Source: Eledone cirrhosa
Lineage: Eukaryota
Assembly (NCBI GenBank): GCA_964016885.1
Contig: OZ024762.1
Coordinates: 9,238,001 to 9,302,000 of the forward strand
Length of the DNA: 64,000 nt
Reading direction: 5' to 3'
The position numbers were made by a program, and so were the translations under genes. Positions within the stretch are counted from its first letter, which is position 1; every line of letters begins with the position of its first letter. The notes beneath the pieces were generated by a model, which searched no databases, had not been told where the DNA came from, and saw only the letters and a list, made by a program, of their open reading frames with translations. Of the stretch, positions 60,637 through 64,000 are shown piece by piece.

Positions 60637-60672
60637 TCTTCTGATGAAGCACTAGCGTCCGAAACGTCAAGA
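60637..60672 (+). ncRNA. Minimal type I hammerhead ribozyme motif (family G, element ~60615-60760)
   Basis: tctt CTGATGA a GCAC tagc GTCC GAAA CG TC aaga; palindromic ACGT helix III; GUC triplet; one helix II mismatch. Confidence 0.75.
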
Positions 60673-60765
60673 CCCTCTTCCGGCTATATCAAGCGTTAAC
60701 CTAATATATCCCTTCCATATACTGTACTGATTGTGTTGTTATTTCTGTTTACCTTTTACATACAT

Positions 60766-60821
<56 letters not shown>

Positions 60822-60824
<3 letters not shown>

Positions 60825-61023
60825 AACCAGTAAGACCCCGACGGCTGAGCTCAAGCCGTTTCGACGGCTAATTCAGGACTGAATTGAGTCCTGAATTAGC
60901 CGTCGAAACGGCTTGAGCTCAGCCGTCGGGGTCTTACTGGTTCCTATTACCCACTCTACTACCTCAAGTATTGAGTACTTTGGTGCGTTATGGTCCACCT
61001 GGTTCCTTACCACATTTCCTTCG

Positions 61024-61084
<61 letters not shown>

Positions 61085-61140
61085 AAAAATTATGACCCCG
61101 GCGGCAGAGCTCAAGCCGTTTCGACGGCTATTTCTGGACT
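60822..61140. mobile_element. Family A fold-back element (60822-61024) plus a further inverted fragment (61082-61140)
   Basis: Palindrome centred on AGGACT-gaattg-AGTCCT. Confidence 0.9.
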
Positions 61141-61349
61141 AAATATATATATATATTAATTATATTGTGCGCTAAACAGCCAAAAATGCGATGAATTTAT
61201 ATCTGAATATATACATAGTGCAGTGATAACCAAGACCGCGTGAATTCTTATATATATATTTACTCATTCAGCATGTAAGCATGTCAAATTCACGTATTTC
61301 CTTGTAAATAGAAAAAAATTATAGATATCTTGTATCAATTTTTGTTGAC

Positions 61350-62076
61350 GATTTTGCTCTGCCCTTGCTCTGTTGTCGCATTAACGTAGGGCTGTCTCTC
61401 CGACACGTAGGTCTGAATGACATAATTGAAGGAGCCTCGGGTGACTAGCTTTCGACCACAACTGGAGTCAGCTGGCCATGATCGGGACAATGGTAAACGA
61501 CCAGACGGGATAACTCTCTTCTCATTCGAGAGAGATAAATCCCTAATCTGGGCTGCCACGTAGTGCGACTCGCACTCCGCCTAAGTTCTTGTCGCTTCGG
61601 CCATAAAAACCCCGGTACAGCCACCCTCTGTGCTGAGGGGGAAATTGCCAAATACCGGGGTTTCACAGCCGGCTCCAGATGTCCTAGATCCCCGAATTGC
61701 CATATTCCTTCACATATGACCACCCGACAAAAGGGCGGTGGGTTGGCAGTATCGGTAGAGGGTCGGACGCCATGCTTTGACGCATAGCGTTATGGCCCCT
61801 TTATGATCTGAGTTCAAATCCTGCCGAGGTTAACTTTGCCTTTCATCCCCTTACGGGGGTCGATAAAATGAAGTACCAGTAATGTACTGGAGTCGATTTA
61901 ATCGACCCCCCCCCCCCCAAAAAAAAATTACTGGCCTTGTGCCTATACTACAAATCATATGACCACCCGAAAATAACCGCGCGCCTACGGAAGGATCCCT
62001 GCGAGGTGGTGTGGCTGTGGTAATGGGACACGCTGGCCGTTCTCACATGTAATGCATTTGCCATTTTGTCAGCATA
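61350..62076 (+). mobile_element. CRE-clade non-LTR retrotransposon fragment split by a SINE
   Basis: RHVGLNDII...[35 protein letters not shown]...AKYRG | TARLRKDPCEVVWL...LAVLTCNAFAILSA*. RPDG is the RLE-type nuclease motif. Confidence 0.8.
61732..61955 (+). mobile_element. Full-length Nin/Deu-type SINE with 15-bp flanking direct repeat
   Basis: CATATGACCACCCGA at 61713-61727 and 61956-61970. Confidence 0.9.
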
Positions 62077-62117
62077 ACGCAGTTGTGTGATACCACTTAA
62101 ACGAGAGATAGAGAGAG

Positions 62118-62181
<64 letters not shown>

Positions 62182-63343
62182 GGGGAGAAGGAGGGAATGA
62201 GGGGAATAGGAAGAGAGAATGTGAGAGATAGAGAGAATGAGAGAGAGAGAGGGTGTGGGAGAATGAGAGAGAAAGGGAGATAGAGAGAATGAGAGAGAGA
62301 GAGAGAGAGAGGAGGAGAAGGAGAGAATGGGGGGAATAGGGAGATAGAATGTGAGAGAGGGGGAGAGAGAGAGAGAGAGAATGAAAAAGAGAGAGAATGA
62401 AAGAGAGATAAAGTGAGAGAGAGGGATAGAGAGAGAATGAAAGAGAGAGAGATAGAAAGAGAGAGAGAGAGAGAGGGAGAGAGGGTGAGAGTGAGAGAGG
62501 GGAGGAGAGAGAGAGAGAGAGAGGGGGAGAGAGAGAGAGAGAGAGAGAGAGACATCCACAACCGTTCTTCTGTCGTTTCTGTTCCAAATCTCATGTTGCT
62601 CTCGTCAGATTGATGACATCTCTCCCGACAGATGTCACTGTCGTCATTCTTTACACCCCCCCCTCCCTCCCATCCTTGTTCCTCCTCCAACTCCTACTCC
62701 AACCTCCGTCTCCTCCATCTCCTCCTCCACCACACTTATCCATTCATCCAGCCATACCATCATCTCCACCACCACCACCACTACCACCACCACCACCACC
62801 ACACTCCACCACCACCACCACACTCCACCACCACCACCACACACTATCACCACTACCACCACCACCACACTCCACCACCACCACACTGCACCACCACCAC
62901 ACTCCACCACCACCACCACACTCCACCACCACCACCACACTCCACCACTACTACCACCACCACACTCCACCACCACCACACTCCACCACCACCACCACCA
63001 CCACCACCACCACCACTACCACCACCACCCACACTCCACCACCACACTCCACCACCATCATTGTCCGATCCATTACCTCTATGACGTCAGCAATTCATCA
63101 GTAATTAAGCACCTTGTCTTTTGTCCGTATAAGGCATGGATGGTGATGATGATGGTGGTGGTGGTGACGGTAGTAGTGGTGGTGGTGATGATGATGATAA
63201 TGATGACGGTGGTGGTGGTGGTGGTGGTGGTGGTGGTGGTGGTCATCGTTGTCGTCGTGGCGATGGCGGTGACGGTGGTAGTGATGATGATGAGATAAAA
63301 TGTGGTCGGAGACCAACTAAACCCCCATAAGTGTCACCAGTAA

Positions 63344-63376
<33 letters not shown>

Positions 63377-63380
63377 TATT

Positions 63381-64000
63381 CATCATCATCATCATCATCT
63401 GCCATTTATTCCTGAGAGGGCCGTGGAGCCAGAGTCCTCAAACACTCCTTCCAGCAGGTCCTCTCAGAAGAGTCCTTAAACACTCCTTACAGTGGGTCCT
63501 GTCAGAAGGGTCCTCAAACATTCCTTCCAGAGGGTCCTGTCAGAAGGGTCCTCAAACACTCCTTACAGTGGGTCCTGTCAGAAGAGTCCTCAAACACTCC
63601 TTACAGTGGGTCCTGTCAGAAGAGTCCTCAAACACTCCTTACAGTGGATCCTGTCAGAAGAGTCCTCAAACATTCCTTACAGTGGATCCTCTCAGAAGAG
63701 TCCTCAAACATTCCTTACAGTGGATCCTCTCAGAAGAGTCCTCAAACACTCCTTACAGTGGATCCTGTCAGAAGAGTCCTCAAACATTCCTTACAGTGGA
63801 TCCTCTCAGAAGAGTCCTCAAACATTCCTTACAGTGGATCCTCTCAGAAGAGTCCTCAAACACTCCTTACAGTGGGTCCTGTCAGAAGGGTCCTCAAACA
63901 TTCCTTCCAGAGGGTCCTGTCAGAAGGGTCCTCAAACACTCTTTCCAGCAGGTCCTCTCAGAAGAATCCTCAAACACTCCTTCCAGAGGGTCCTGTCAGA
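63381..64000 (-). repeat. 38-bp minisatellite (~15 units, from 63432 to the window end) derived from the RTE LINE 3' end, with a (GAT)n tail
   Basis: Unit GAGTCCTCAAACACTCCTTMCAGYGGRTCCTSTCAGAA is the reverse complement of 24434-24471. Confidence 0.92.

Noticed and set aside
63432-64000. CRISPR-like regular array
   Set aside because: Contiguous 38-bp units with no unique spacers, derived from a LINE, in eukaryotic DNA.

Overview
AT-rich animal genomic DNA, most likely from an octopus or other coleoid cephalopod. That assignment is inferred from the extreme (TA)n/(CA)n/(GA)n/trinucleotide microsatellite load and a tRNA-derived Nin/Deu-domain SINE family. I found no convincing host protein-coding gene, and almost all ORFs in the supplied track are microsatellite artefacts. 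The unique sequence between microsatellites is mostly transposon debris: about 11 SINE copies, RTE, Vingi-like and CRE non-LTR fragments, Penelope-like (PLE) GIY-YIG remnants, hAT, Chapaev3-like and Tc1/mariner-type MITEs, and two tandem arrays derived from an RTE 3' end. The most striking signal is a dense population of 100-450 bp elements inserted in (TA)n tracts. They fall into at least 8 unrelated sequence families, and many are head-to-head fold-back palindromes. They carry type I hammerhead ribozyme (HHR) motifs with palindromic helix III, including a U3-A8 core variant and copies with compensatory helix II changes. Several families also share a downstream ACTC..GAGYRC hairpin. All folding and alignment was done by eye, no database search was run, and coordinates may be off by a few nt.
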